This document shows positions 1 through 8,663 of a stretch of 64,000 nt of DNA, one piece after another (positions within the stretch are counted from its first letter, which is position 1; every line of letters starts with the position of its first letter). Location of the stretch: NCBI GenBank assembly GCA_963844845.1, contig CAWJPW010000008.1, forward strand, positions 192,257 through 256,256, given 5' to 3'. The notes beneath the pieces were generated by a model that saw nothing but the letters and a program-made list of their open reading frames with translations, made no database searches and had not been told where the DNA came from. The stretch is from an uncultured Acidobacteriota bacterium. Lineage in GTDB: Bacteria > Acidobacteriota > Thermoanaerobaculia > Thermoanaerobaculales > Sulfomarinibacteraceae. Position numbers and translations under genes: made by a program.

Positions 1-740
1 TACGTTCCGGCCCAGAGCACCCCGTCTGCCGCCGAGGCGGCGGTGGTGATGTTGTGGATGAGCCCGTCGTCGCGGTAGAGGTCGATCTCCATCTCGCGGT
101 CGGGGTCGTGGTAGGCAATCCAGCGCCGGCTTGCGACGTCGTACTCGAGGATGCCGCCGCCCCACGCCGCCACCCAGATGGTTCCGTCAGCCGCCTCCAC
201 GTTGTAGCACCAGATCTCCTCCATGGGAGCGTTCTTCTCGGTGAAGATCTGCCACGCACCGGTGCGCGTGTCGAGGGCGCTGATGCCGGCGGTGGTGGCG
301 GCCCACACGGTGTCTTTGTCGACCGCTACCCCGTACACGACGTCGTTGACCAGGCCGCTGTTGAACTGGGTGAACTGGTCGAAGCGGCCGCCGGTGAAGC
401 GCACCAGGCCGCCGCCCAGGGTGGCCAGCCAGACGTCCCCGGTGACCGGGCTCACGGCGATGCCGGTGACGACGTTCCAGGGCAGCCCGTCCGCCTCGGT
501 CCACGAGTGCCAGCCGCCGTTCTCGTACAGCGCGAGCCCGCCCTCGGTGCCCACCCACATCCGGTCGCCGTCGGCTGCCAACGCGAAGACATGCTCATCG
601 GGCAACCCGCCCGGACCGGCGTGGAAGCTCTCCCAGTGGGTGTAGACGTAGGGCTCGCCGGCGGGCACCGCGGGGGCGGCGGCCGCCACCACGGGAAGGA
701 GCCCCGCGGCCATCGCCAGCAGCGTTGTCACCGTCCACAT
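1..740 (-). CDS. Secreted beta-propeller sensor-like protein (two-component regulator propeller / Reg_prop-type repeats); 3' end cut by window edge
   Basis: Absent from the ORF track because it runs off the window. Reverse-complement translation from ATG at 740 gives MWTVTTLLAMAAGLLPVVAAAAPAVPAG (signal peptide), then repeats such as DGDRMWVGTEGGLALYENGGW, TGDVWLATLGGGLVRF, DTVWAATTAGISALD and DGTIWVAAWGGGILEYD. Plus-strand ORFs 54..770 and 223..645 are antisense shadows. Confidence 0.6.
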   Translation of the reverse strand, partial: MWTVTTLLAMAAGLLPVVAAAAPAVPAGEPYVYTHWESFHAGPGGLPDEHVFALAADGDRMWVGTEGGLALYENGGWHSWTEADGLPWNVVTGIAVSPVTGDVWLATLGGGLVRFTGGRFDQFTQFNSGLVNDVVYGVAVDKDTVWAATTAGISALDTRTGAWQIFTEKNAPMEEIWCYNVEAADGTIWVAAWGGGILEYDVASRRWIAYHDPDREMEIDLYRDDGLIHNITTAASAADGVLWAGT

Positions 741-756
741 CCCGGCACCTCCCGGA

Positions 757-3144
757 TCACAGGGTCTTGAGGTACTCCACCAGGTCGTTGAGCTGGTCCT
801 TGGTCATGTCGTTGGTCACCCCGTGCTGGTCGTGGGGGTTGAAGCGGGTCCAGATCTCCTCCAGCGTCGCCGCCCGCCCGTCGTGCAGGTAGGGCGCGGT
901 CTCGTAGATGTTGGTGAGGTGCGGCACGTCGAAGACGTCGTGGGTGTCGAGCTCGGAGCCGGTGCCCACCGCCACCTGCTCCCGGTTGGTGAAGTAGGGC
1001 GGGCGGTGGCAGGTGGCGCAGCGCTGGGGCTTGGGGATGGGCTTCCCCGCGTTGCCCCGGGTGCGCTCGAACAGAGCCTTGCCGCGGCGCTGAGCCGGGG
1101 TCAGGGTGTCGCCGACGCGGTGACGGTTGGGGTTGCGGGGGATGGTGCAGATGTAGCGTTCGAGAGCCGTGACCTGGTCGGGGGTGAACGGGTCGATGCG
1201 GGTGAAGAAGACCGCCAGGCGCGGACCGCACTGGCGGGCCAGGGTGGCGTTCTTGCCGGTCCACTTGAAGGGCGCGGTGTCGAGGATCCCGCGCAGGCTG
1301 CGGTTGTCCACCGGGTTGAGGCCGAGGCCGTCGGGCTCGATGTCGTAGGTGATGCCATCGACGCCGCCGTCGGGGTGGCAGGAGTGGCAGGAGAACTGTC
1401 CCTCGAAGGTCACCGCCGCGCTGTGGAAGATGCGCTCGCCGCGGCGCGCCAGGGTGAGCTCGGCCGGTCCGCCCAGCGGGATGACGGCGACGCGCGCGAG
1501 GCGCGCCGTGTCGATCACCGAAACCGCGTCGTCGAGGGCGTCGGCGACGTAGACGAAGCGGCCGTCGGGGGCCACTGCGAGCCCGCGCGGATTGTCGCCC
1601 ACCGGGATGCGGCAGGTGACGTACTCGGTGGCAAGGCCCATGTGGTCGGGCAGGACGGTCCGGCGCCGCTCGTCGGTCGCCCCCTCGACCACCGCCCGCA
1701 GGCGCGCGAGGTCGACCACCGCCACCTGATCGACGCCGCCTCCGCTGACGAAGGCGAGGCGGCCGTCCGGGGTGATGACCACGTCGGTGGGATCGGCAAA
1801 GGCCGCAGCGGGCTCGTCGAGCAGTACCTGGTCGACGCGGCCGTCGCGCCACAGGATGCCGAGCCCGTTGGTGAGCACCCAGCCCTGCACCACCCGGGTC
1901 ATGGGCACCAGGTTCTTGGTGCGGATGAGGGTGACGAGGGCGTACTCACCCCCCGGCGCCACCGCCACTCCCTGCACCAGGTTGGCATCCGGGATCATGA
2001 CGCGGGTGTCGACCATCGCCCGCGCGCTGCCCACCACCGTCACCTCGGAGCGGGAGGACTCACGGAAGCCGACGAAGTGCGAGAGGTTGTTGGTGACGAG
2101 GACACGCGCGCCGTCGGCGGTGCGGGCCACCCCCCAGGCGCCGCGGCCGGCGGCCAGCCGCTTGCGCTCACAGCCGGCGGCGAGATCGACCACCGAAATG
2201 TCGCCGGAGCCGGCATTGGCCACGAAGAGCGTGCCGCCCCCAGCGTCGGTGACGAGCCCGTGCGGCTCGTCACCCACCGGGATGGTGGCGGTCACCGCCA
2301 GGCGCGCGGTGTCCACCACCGAAACGGTGTCGTCGCCGCGGTTGGAGACCACCGCGCGGCGTCCGTCGGGGGTCAGGCAGACCCCGTGCGGCAGGGCGCC
2401 CACCGGCACCTCGGCAACCACCCGGCGAGCCCTGGTGTCCACCACCACCAGGCTGTGCGAAGCCTCGCACGCGGCGTAGAGACGGCCGCCGTCGGGGCTC
2501 ACGGCCAGGTTGAACGGGGTCTTGTAAACCACCTCGAAAGGTGCGGCCGCCGTCGCGGCCCGGATCGTCGCATCGTGCGCCGGAAGCGGGGCCGGGAGGC
2601 TTCCCGGCGGCACCGGGTGGGCGATGGCGGCGAGCGCCCGCTCGATGTCGAAGGGGCGGGACCCCAGGACCGTGGTGTGCGAGCCCTTCTCCTTGTGACA
2701 GCCCAGACAGAAGGCGGCGTCCGGCACCTCCAGCGCCGGCCTCGAGGTCACGTCGGCCTCGGCGTGGCTGGAGCCGGCGCCGTGGCAGAGCTCGCACTGG
2801 ACGCCGTCTGCCAGGCGGAAGGTGGGATCGCGCTGCCACCCCTCGGTGTCGGCGGCGGTGGCGTGGCAGCCGAGGCAGATGGGGTTGCTGAAGGGATCGC
2901 CCGGGGTTCCCGAGAGGCGCGCGATCTCCCGCGACTCCGGCCGCGCCAGCGCGGCGTAGGCGCGGGCGTGGGGGGAGCTCTGCCACGGCGTCACCGCATC
3001 GCCCTGCGCGCCGCCCAGGTGACACTGGCGGCACACCGCTACGCCCACCCACACCGCCGGCTCATCGTCCACCGCCGCAGCGGCCGGAAGCGCGGCCAGC
3101 ACCGCCGCCACGAGGGCCGCCGCCGCGCGGCGCCCAGGGCTCAC
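757..3144 (-). CDS. Fusion protein: multihaem cytochrome c + YVTN-type beta-propeller + di-haem cytochrome c peroxidase/MauG-like domain
   Basis: 795-aa ORF with signal peptide. N-terminal CxxCH motifs: CRQCH, CLGCH, CELCH, CLGCH. Central propeller repeats: LYAACEASHSLVVVD, VVSNRGDDTVSVVD, LFVANAGSGDISVVD. C-terminal peroxidase-like part: FSCHSCHPDGG ... CATCH ... APYLHDG. 4-nt overlap with the upstream gene. Confidence 0.85.
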   Translation of the reverse strand: MSPGRRAAAALVAAVLAALPAAAAVDDEPAVWVGVAVCRQCHLGGAQGDAVTPWQSSPHARAYAALARPESREIARLSGTPGDPFSNPICLGCHATAADTEGWQRDPTFRLADGVQCELCHGAGSSHAEADVTSRPALEVPDAAFCLGCHKEKGSHTTVLGSRPFDIERALAAIAHPVPPGSLPAPLPAHDATIRAATAAAPFEVVYKTPFNLAVSPDGGRLYAACEASHSLVVVDTRARRVVAEVPVGALPHGVCLTPDGRRAVVSNRGDDTVSVVDTARLAVTATIPVGDEPHGLVTDAGGGTLFVANAGSGDISVVDLAAGCERKRLAAGRGAWGVARTADGARVLVTNNLSHFVGFRESSRSEVTVVGSARAMVDTRVMIPDANLVQGVAVAPGGEYALVTLIRTKNLVPMTRVVQGWVLTNGLGILWRDGRVDQVLLDEPAAAFADPTDVVITPDGRLAFVSGGGVDQVAVVDLARLRAVVEGATDERRRTVLPDHMGLATEYVTCRIPVGDNPRGLAVAPDGRFVYVADALDDAVSVIDTARLARVAVIPLGGPAELTLARRGERIFHSAAVTFEGQFSCHSCHPDGGVDGITYDIEPDGLGLNPVDNRSLRGILDTAPFKWTGKNATLARQCGPRLAVFFTRIDPFTPDQVTALERYICTIPRNPNRHRVGDTLTPAQRRGKALFERTRGNAGKPIPKPQRCATCHRPPYFTNREQVAVGTGSELDTHDVFDVPHLTNIYETAPYLHDGRAATLEEIWTRFNPHDQHGVTNDMTKDQLNDLVEYLKTL

Positions 3145-4766
3145 CGCGCCATCTCCTTCGCCGGCTCGGTCACCACCAGCACACGGTCCGCGGCGACGTG
3201 CTCCAACGTGGTGACCAGGCCACTGGGCCAGCGCACCTCGAGACGGTCCACGGTGCGCTGTGAGCCGAGCCCGAAGTGCGCCCGCGGGTCGCTCTGCGAC
3301 AGGTAGCCGGAGGCGGCCCGGATCTCACGCATCTGGGTCACCCCCCCCGCGGTCACACGGATGCGGGCGCCGATTCCGTCGCGGTTGGAGCGCGTGCCCA
3401 CCGGGCGCACCATCAACCAGTGGCTGCGGTTGCCGCCGTCGTTGCGGAGCAGGCGCGGGCCCGCGTTGAGGTCGAGCACCAGCACGTCGAGGTCGCCGTC
3501 GTTGTCGTAGTCGCCCACCGCCGAGCCCCGGCTCACCAGCTTGACCGCCAGCGCGGGCCCCACCTGGCGGGAGACGTCGGCGAAGTGCCGGCCGTCCAGG
3601 TTGCGCAGGACGAGGTCCTCCTCGGGCTCGAGATGGTGGGCGTCGCCGTTGGCGATGAAGATGTCGAGGCGGCCGTCGCCGTCGAAGTCGAAGAGATTGC
3701 CGGACCACGAGACGTACTGACCGCACGCGGCCGCGAGGCCGGCCTGGGCGCTCTCGTCCTCGAAGCCGTGGCCGGTGTTGTGGTAGAGGCAGCCATAGCC
3801 CATGTCCGGCACCAGCACGTCCATGCGGCCGTCGTTGTCGATGTCGCCGGGCTCGGGCCCCATGGCCGAGGTCGCCTCGCCGTTCTCACCGTAGGCGGTG
3901 CCGGCGGTGAGGGCGACGTTCACGAAGGTGCCGTCGCCCCGGTTGCGGTACAGGTAGTTCTCCATGGCATCGTTGGCGACGAAGAGGTCCGGCCAGCCGT
4001 CGTCGTCCAGGTCGCAGGCGCCGACCCCCATGGCCCGCCCGGCGGGGTTGGCGATCCCGGCGGCGGCGCTCACGTCGGCGAAGGTGCCGTCACCCTGGTT
4101 GCGGTAGAGCGCGTCCGCCGTGCCCGGGTAGGAGAGCGGCCCGGGGAAACCGTCGCCGGCGTAGAAGCCGCGATACTCCGGGTCGAAGCACAGGTAGTTG
4201 CCCACGAAGAGATCGAGGTCGCCATCGCGATCGTAGTCGAAGAAGGTGCAGCCGGTGCTCCAGCGCTGGCATGCCACGCCGGCGGCGTCGGTGACGTCGC
4301 TGAAGCGCCCGCCGCCGTCGTTGCGGTAGAGCACATTGCGCCCGTAGTTGGTGACGTAGAGGTCGGTGTCGCCGTCGTTGTCGTAGTCGGCGGCGGTGCA
4401 GCCCATGCCGTAGCCGCGGTCACCCACTCCGGCGGCCGCGGTGACGTCGGTGAAGGTCCCGTCACCGTTGTTGCGGTACAGGGCGTTGGCCAGGCGGCCA
4501 TCCAGCGCCCGGCCGCGCACGTTGCTGACGCCCCTGAGGTAGCAGCCGTTCACCAGGTAGATGTCGAGGTCGCCGTCGCCGTCGTAGTCGAGGAACGCGC
4601 AGCCGGCGCCGGTGGACTCGACGATGGTGCTGAGGTCGTCGTCGCCGATGCTGTGGCTCCAGGTGATCCCCGCCGCCGCGGTGACGTCCACCAGCCGGGG
4701 CAGCGGCACCGTGGCGGCCGCGGCGACGGCGACCAGCCCGAGGAGGACGGCTCGCCACGACCTCAT
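3141..4766 (-). CDS. CRTAC1 / ASPIC-UnbV family FG-GAP (VCBS) repeat protein, secreted
   Basis: 541-aa ORF with signal peptide. Repeated Ca-binding-type motifs: DYDGDGDLD, DYDNDGDTD, DYDRDGDLD, DLDDDGWPD, DFDGDGRLD, DYDNDGDLD. C-terminal UnbV/ASPIC-like segment: NRDGIGARIRV...ASGYLSQSDPRAHFGLG. Confidence 0.85.
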   Translation of the reverse strand: MRSWRAVLLGLVAVAAAATVPLPRLVDVTAAAGITWSHSIGDDDLSTIVESTGAGCAFLDYDGDGDLDIYLVNGCYLRGVSNVRGRALDGRLANALYRNNGDGTFTDVTAAAGVGDRGYGMGCTAADYDNDGDTDLYVTNYGRNVLYRNDGGGRFSDVTDAAGVACQRWSTGCTFFDYDRDGDLDLFVGNYLCFDPEYRGFYAGDGFPGPLSYPGTADALYRNQGDGTFADVSAAAGIANPAGRAMGVGACDLDDDGWPDLFVANDAMENYLYRNRGDGTFVNVALTAGTAYGENGEATSAMGPEPGDIDNDGRMDVLVPDMGYGCLYHNTGHGFEDESAQAGLAAACGQYVSWSGNLFDFDGDGRLDIFIANGDAHHLEPEEDLVLRNLDGRHFADVSRQVGPALAVKLVSRGSAVGDYDNDGDLDVLVLDLNAGPRLLRNDGGNRSHWLMVRPVGTRSNRDGIGARIRVTAGGVTQMREIRAASGYLSQSDPRAHFGLGSQRTVDRLEVRWPSGLVTTLEHVAADRVLVVTEPAKEMAR

Positions 4767-6235
4767 GGCGCCGCCTCCGGCGGGCGGTCGGTCTCGGCGG
4801 GCGGCCGCACCAGCGGCACCGCCGGGCGCCGCAGGGCGGCCGGCAGGCGGTTGGGGGGCGCCAGCTCGCGGTCCTCGTGGCAGCCGATGCAGCCACGCCG
4901 CTCGTTGGGCATCACCCAGGTCCAGCCGGTCTGCCGCGCGACCACGCCGCCGTCGGCGTCGAGGAGCTCGAAGGCCAGCGGCACCCGCGCCGGCACCGCC
5001 ACGTGGAAGGAGCCGTCCTCGGCGAGGGGGACCTCGCCCAGCACCACCCGCCCGGGGCCTTCCGGACCCTCAGCCCCGCCCGGCCGGCCCTCGACCACGC
5101 GCAGGGTCGTGGCCGCCGCCAGACGGGCGAGGCCCGGGCGGTCACTGCGGTGGGCGCTGAGGCAGTAGAAGACGCCTGCCTCCCGGCGCCCGTCCACCAC
5201 CGACGAGCGCCCCGCCACCCGCGGATGGGGTGTCAGCTCGGCCGCCGCCAGGAGATGGGCGCCGGGGTCGGCCGCCACCCTGTAGAGGCGCGCGCCGGTA
5301 GCCGGGTCCAGCTTCCAGACCACGTACGGAGCGTCGCCCCCCAACCGCCGGAACGAGGCGAGCAGGGAGCCGTCCGCCAGTGGCAGGGGGCTTGCCCAGG
5401 CGCCGTCGCCACCGCCGACCACCAACCGGTGCCCGTGGAGGGGTCGGCGAAGCCGCACCGCCGCCAGGTCGCCGCCGCCCAGGAGCCCGGGGGCCTCGGA
5501 CTCCACCAGCCACGCCCAACCGTCGGACCCCACGCGCACCGCGTGGACGAAGCGCGAGCCGCCGTGGGCCACTGCCCACGGCATCAGGTCGGTACCGTCA
5601 AGGTTCACCGCCATGAGCACCTGCCGGGCCGCGCCGACCTCGTCCCGGCGCCAGCTGGAGAACACGATGCGGCCGTTGGCCAGGAGATCGGGCTCGAGGT
5701 CGGAGCCCAGGTTGAAGGTGAGCGGTTGCGCCTGCCCGCCGTCGAGGGCAGCCGCAAAAACTGCCGTGGCTGGAGCGCCACTGTTCTCGTCCGGTCGCCC
5801 CGGGACGCTCGACACGTAGACGAAGCGGTCGCTCGGGTGATCGTCGTCGAGGTGGAAGATGGCGCCGGCCCAGCGTGGCGACGTGCTGTCGCCAGGCCCG
5901 TGGGTGAGCTGCTCGGGGTGTGAGCCATCCGCATCCATGCGCCAGATCTGCCACCGCTCGCCGGCCTCGCGCCGGCCCGCGAAGAGCACCTCGCGGCCGT
6001 CGAACGACACCGCCGGGTCGCGGGCGGCGGCAAAGCCCGCCGTGAGCACCCGCCCCGCACCGCCGTCCCCGGGCGACAGCCGCAGGATCTGGCAGCCGGC
6101 GCAGCCGGCGAGGTCGCTGCCCACCGGGACCCGCACGACCAGCAGGTCGGCGCCCGCCGCCGGCAGCGCGAGGGCCACGGCGAGCAGCAGAGCGCCCGCT
6201 CCGAGCGTCCGTCGGGCACGCGTCTCAGCAGCCAC
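4763..6235 (-). CDS. PD40/TolB-like beta-propeller protein with C-terminal single haem-c motif (HzsA-middle-domain-like)
   Basis: ORF 4763..6436 trimmed to in-frame GTG at 6235, where the signal peptide (RRTLGAGALLLAVALALPAAGA) begins; the longer form overlaps the preceding gene. PD40-like repeats: VSFDGREVLFAGRR..WQIWRMDADGSHPEQLT. GCIGCHEDRE near the C-terminus. Confidence 0.6.
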   Translation of the reverse strand: MAAETRARRTLGAGALLLAVALALPAAGADLLVVRVPVGSDLAGCAGCQILRLSPGDGGAGRVLTAGFAAARDPAVSFDGREVLFAGRREAGERWQIWRMDADGSHPEQLTHGPGDSTSPRWAGAIFHLDDDHPSDRFVYVSSVPGRPDENSGAPATAVFAAALDGGQAQPLTFNLGSDLEPDLLANGRIVFSSWRRDEVGAARQVLMAVNLDGTDLMPWAVAHGGSRFVHAVRVGSDGWAWLVESEAPGLLGGGDLAAVRLRRPLHGHRLVVGGGDGAWASPLPLADGSLLASFRRLGGDAPYVVWKLDPATGARLYRVAADPGAHLLAAAELTPHPRVAGRSSVVDGRREAGVFYCLSAHRSDRPGLARLAAATTLRVVEGRPGGAEGPEGPGRVVLGEVPLAEDGSFHVAVPARVPLAFELLDADGGVVARQTGWTWVMPNERRGCIGCHEDRELAPPNRLPAALRRPAVPLVRPPAETDRPPEAAP

Positions 6236-7373
6236 CGGCGGGCTCCCTCGCAGGCTGCACTGCTGTGGCGTCGAGCTCGAAGAGGAGCTCGTCGCGGCAC
6301 ACGTCACCCGCCACGGTGACCATCGGCACGCTCTCCAGGCCGCGGCGGCGCAGTACCGCGGCGAGGGACGCCCCGTCGGCGGGCCGCTTGACGAAGGCGG
6401 TTGCCTGGCATACGTCGCCGAGGCTCGCTCCCGCACCGGCCAGCAGTGCCGCCACCGTGTCGAGGGTGCACTCCACCTGGGCGGTGAAATCGCCCGGGTG
6501 GCACGATGCCCCGGCCGCGTCGATGGCCGCCGTCCCCGAGACCAGCAGATAGCGACAGCTCGCCGAGGCGACCGCGAGCCCGCGAGAGAACGCAGACCCG
6601 TAGTCCGGCGCCTCGTTCTGGCATGGGTTGACCAGGCGCTCGACGCGGTGCTGGTGGCCGGCCCGCGGCCGCGCGGCCACCAGGTCGAGCGTGCACCACC
6701 CGCCCCGCAGCCCGCGCCCGCGAATGCCGGTGCTGGCCGGTATGCGCGGCGCCGACGTCCCGTTGAGCACCCCGAAGCGCCGGTAGGCGTCGTTGCGGAC
6801 CCGGTTGAAGCCGTCGTACCAGTCGAGGATGCGGTCGAGGTAGAACCAGGTACGCAGCACGTCCGCGAAGGTGAAACCGCTGGCCGCCATCATGTCGGCG
6901 GCGAGCTCGAGCACCGCTGCCGCCTCGCCCACGGGGGTGCGGCATCCCTCGTCCACCAGGAGGCGGCCGACATCCGAGAGACCCAGGTAGGTGGCCTCGT
7001 CGCCCTCCACGAGCCAGCCGCACGGCTGGCCCTGCCAGCTCAGCGGTCGCGGCGCAGAGCGTTTCCCCCGCGCCACCACCAGGTGGACGCCGGCGACACC
7101 GGCAGCGCCGCACGGCGCGCCCTCGATCCAGGTAGGTGGCACCGCGAAGGCCGGGACCACGCCGAGCGCCGCACGCCGTGCCGCCAGGCTCGCCGGAGCC
7201 GCCGCCAGCGCGCCGAAAACCCGCTCCTGGAGCACCACTGCATTCGCCGCCACGACCGCCTCGGCGAGCTCCCGGTAGGCGGCGCCCAGCACGACCGGCG
7301 AAGCCGCGTCGGGGCTCGGCGAGCTCCATGTGAGGAAACCGAGGTCTCCATTTCCCCGTGACGATGCGATCAT
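6225..7373 (-). CDS. YjgF/RidA-fold protein, chorismatase (FkbO/Hyg5/XanB2)-like
   Basis: 413-aa ORF trimmed to the second ATGATCGC start (7373), which has a purine-rich RBS; the 7466 start is GTG with no RBS. Motifs: LRTWFYLDRILDWYDGFNRVRNDAY, VSGTAAID, LFELDA. The family assignment is from remembered motifs only. Confidence 0.5.
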   Translation of the reverse strand: MIASSRGNGDLGFLTWSSPSPDAASPVVLGAAYRELAEAVVAANAVVLQERVFGALAAAPASLAARRAALGVVPAFAVPPTWIEGAPCGAAGVAGVHLVVARGKRSAPRPLSWQGQPCGWLVEGDEATYLGLSDVGRLLVDEGCRTPVGEAAAVLELAADMMAASGFTFADVLRTWFYLDRILDWYDGFNRVRNDAYRRFGVLNGTSAPRIPASTGIRGRGLRGGWCTLDLVAARPRAGHQHRVERLVNPCQNEAPDYGSAFSRGLAVASASCRYLLVSGTAAIDAAGASCHPGDFTAQVECTLDTVAALLAGAGASLGDVCQATAFVKRPADGASLAAVLRRRGLESVPMVTVAGDVCRDELLFELDATAVQPAREPAGGC

Positions 7374-7617
7374 GCGGCCCCTTCCCCCCGTCCCGAGACC
7401 GACCAAGAGCCCCTCACGCCGAGCTGACGGCGGCGCGAAAGGGGGCTCCGGCACCGAGGCGATCACGACGATGATAGTTCGACCCAGGAGCCTCTCGCAA
7501 CGAGGCGAGAATAAGTGCGAGAGATTCCTGCCATCACTGCCCCCTCGCCCATGCTACGCTCGCCGACGCCGTTGCGACGCTTTCGCCGACTACGGCCGAC
7601 CCTGGGAGGACCTCACC

Positions 7618-8601
7618 GTGTACTATGCCGCCGCCTGCCAGACCGCCTTCCCCTGCCCCAGCGCTCGCGCCGAGATCGCCGGGCGCGTGCGGCGCATGTG
7701 CGAGATCGCCGAGCACACCATCATCGGCTACGAGCCGTTCTTCGACGTCCGCCTGCTGGTCTTCCCCGAGTTCGCTCACGCGGTCCCCATCTACGACTCG
7801 GTGGCCGCCCTCAGAGACCGCCTTGCGGTGCCGCTGCCCAACGAGCACACCGACGCCTACCACCGCCTCGCCCGCCAGCATGGCTGCTTCATCCAAACAG
7901 GCACCTTCCTCGAAGCGCACCCCGACTTCCCCGACGTGGTCTTCAACACCACTGCCCTGGTCGGTCCCTCGGGCGTGCTCTCGCTCTACCGCAAGACTAA
8001 CCCCTGGATCCCCTGGGAGCTCCACGCCAGCCCCCACGACGTGCTCGAGCTCCCCGGCGACCCCTTCCCGGTGGTGGAGACGGAGATCGGCCGCCTCGGC
8101 GTAGCCATCTGCTATGACTGGCTCTTCCCCGAGGCCATCCGGCAGATCGCCGCCGCCGGTGCCGAGGTCATCGCACGCGTGTCGGCCTACATGGACCCGT
8201 GGGGCGCCACCCCGCCCATGGACTGGTGGACGCTCTTCAACCGTGCCCGCGCCGCGGAGAACACGGCCTACGTGGTGGCCGCCAACCAGGGCGCCAGCCT
8301 CGCCCAGTACCCACCCTTCAGCTGGCCCGGGGGCAGCATGGTGGTGGACTACGACGGCCGCATCCTCGCCCAGGCCGATCCCGGCGAGGGGGAGAAGGTC
8401 GTGGTGGCGCCCATCGACCTGGAGCAGCTCCGGGCGGAGCGCAATCGAAGGGTCGGTCACGACATGCGCGGCCACCTGCGCAGCGGCCTGTACACCTATC
8501 TCCACCGGCCCGGGCTCGACCCGTCCTCCGAGCACCCCATCACCGGAGCGAGCCTGCGTGCGCGGATCGCCACAGCCAAGGAGCGCCTCGAGCCGAGCTG
8601 A
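7618..8601 (+). CDS. Carbon-nitrogen hydrolase (nitrilase/aliphatic amidase superfamily)
   Basis: ORF 7330..8601 trimmed to GTG 7618, which sits 7 nt after GGAGGA (7605-7610). Catalytic triad contexts: VFPEF (Glu), LYRKTNPW (Lys), VAICYDWLFPE (Cys). Confidence 0.85.
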   Translation: MYYAAACQTAFPCPSARAEIAGRVRRMCEIAEHTIIGYEPFFDVRLLVFPEFAHAVPIYDSVAALRDRLAVPLPNEHTDAYHRLARQHGCFIQTGTFLEAHPDFPDVVFNTTALVGPSGVLSLYRKTNPWIPWELHASPHDVLELPGDPFPVVETEIGRLGVAICYDWLFPEAIRQIAAAGAEVIARVSAYMDPWGATPPMDWWTLFNRARAAENTAYVVAANQGASLAQYPPFSWPGGSMVVDYDGRILAQADPGEGEKVVVAPIDLEQLRAERNRRVGHDMRGHLRSGLYTYLHRPGLDPSSEHPITGASLRARIATAKERLEPS

Positions 8602-8663
8602 GCAGGGCTCCAGCACCGCGCGGTAGACTTGTTCGAAGGTCACCTGGCAGCCAAAGGTGAGGT

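Noticed and set aside
823-3306. Very long ORFs antisense to, or out of frame with, the called genes: 823..3306 +, 3276..5168 +, 8640..10424 -, 12021..13751 -, 38545..40938 -, 60241..63177 -, 42804..44084 -, 18216..19490 -.
   Set aside because: Their translations are Arg/Gly/Pro/Ala-rich low-complexity strings with no recognisable motifs. Each lies opposite, or out of frame with, a gene with clear family signatures. Stop-codon-poor alternative frames are expected at this GC content.
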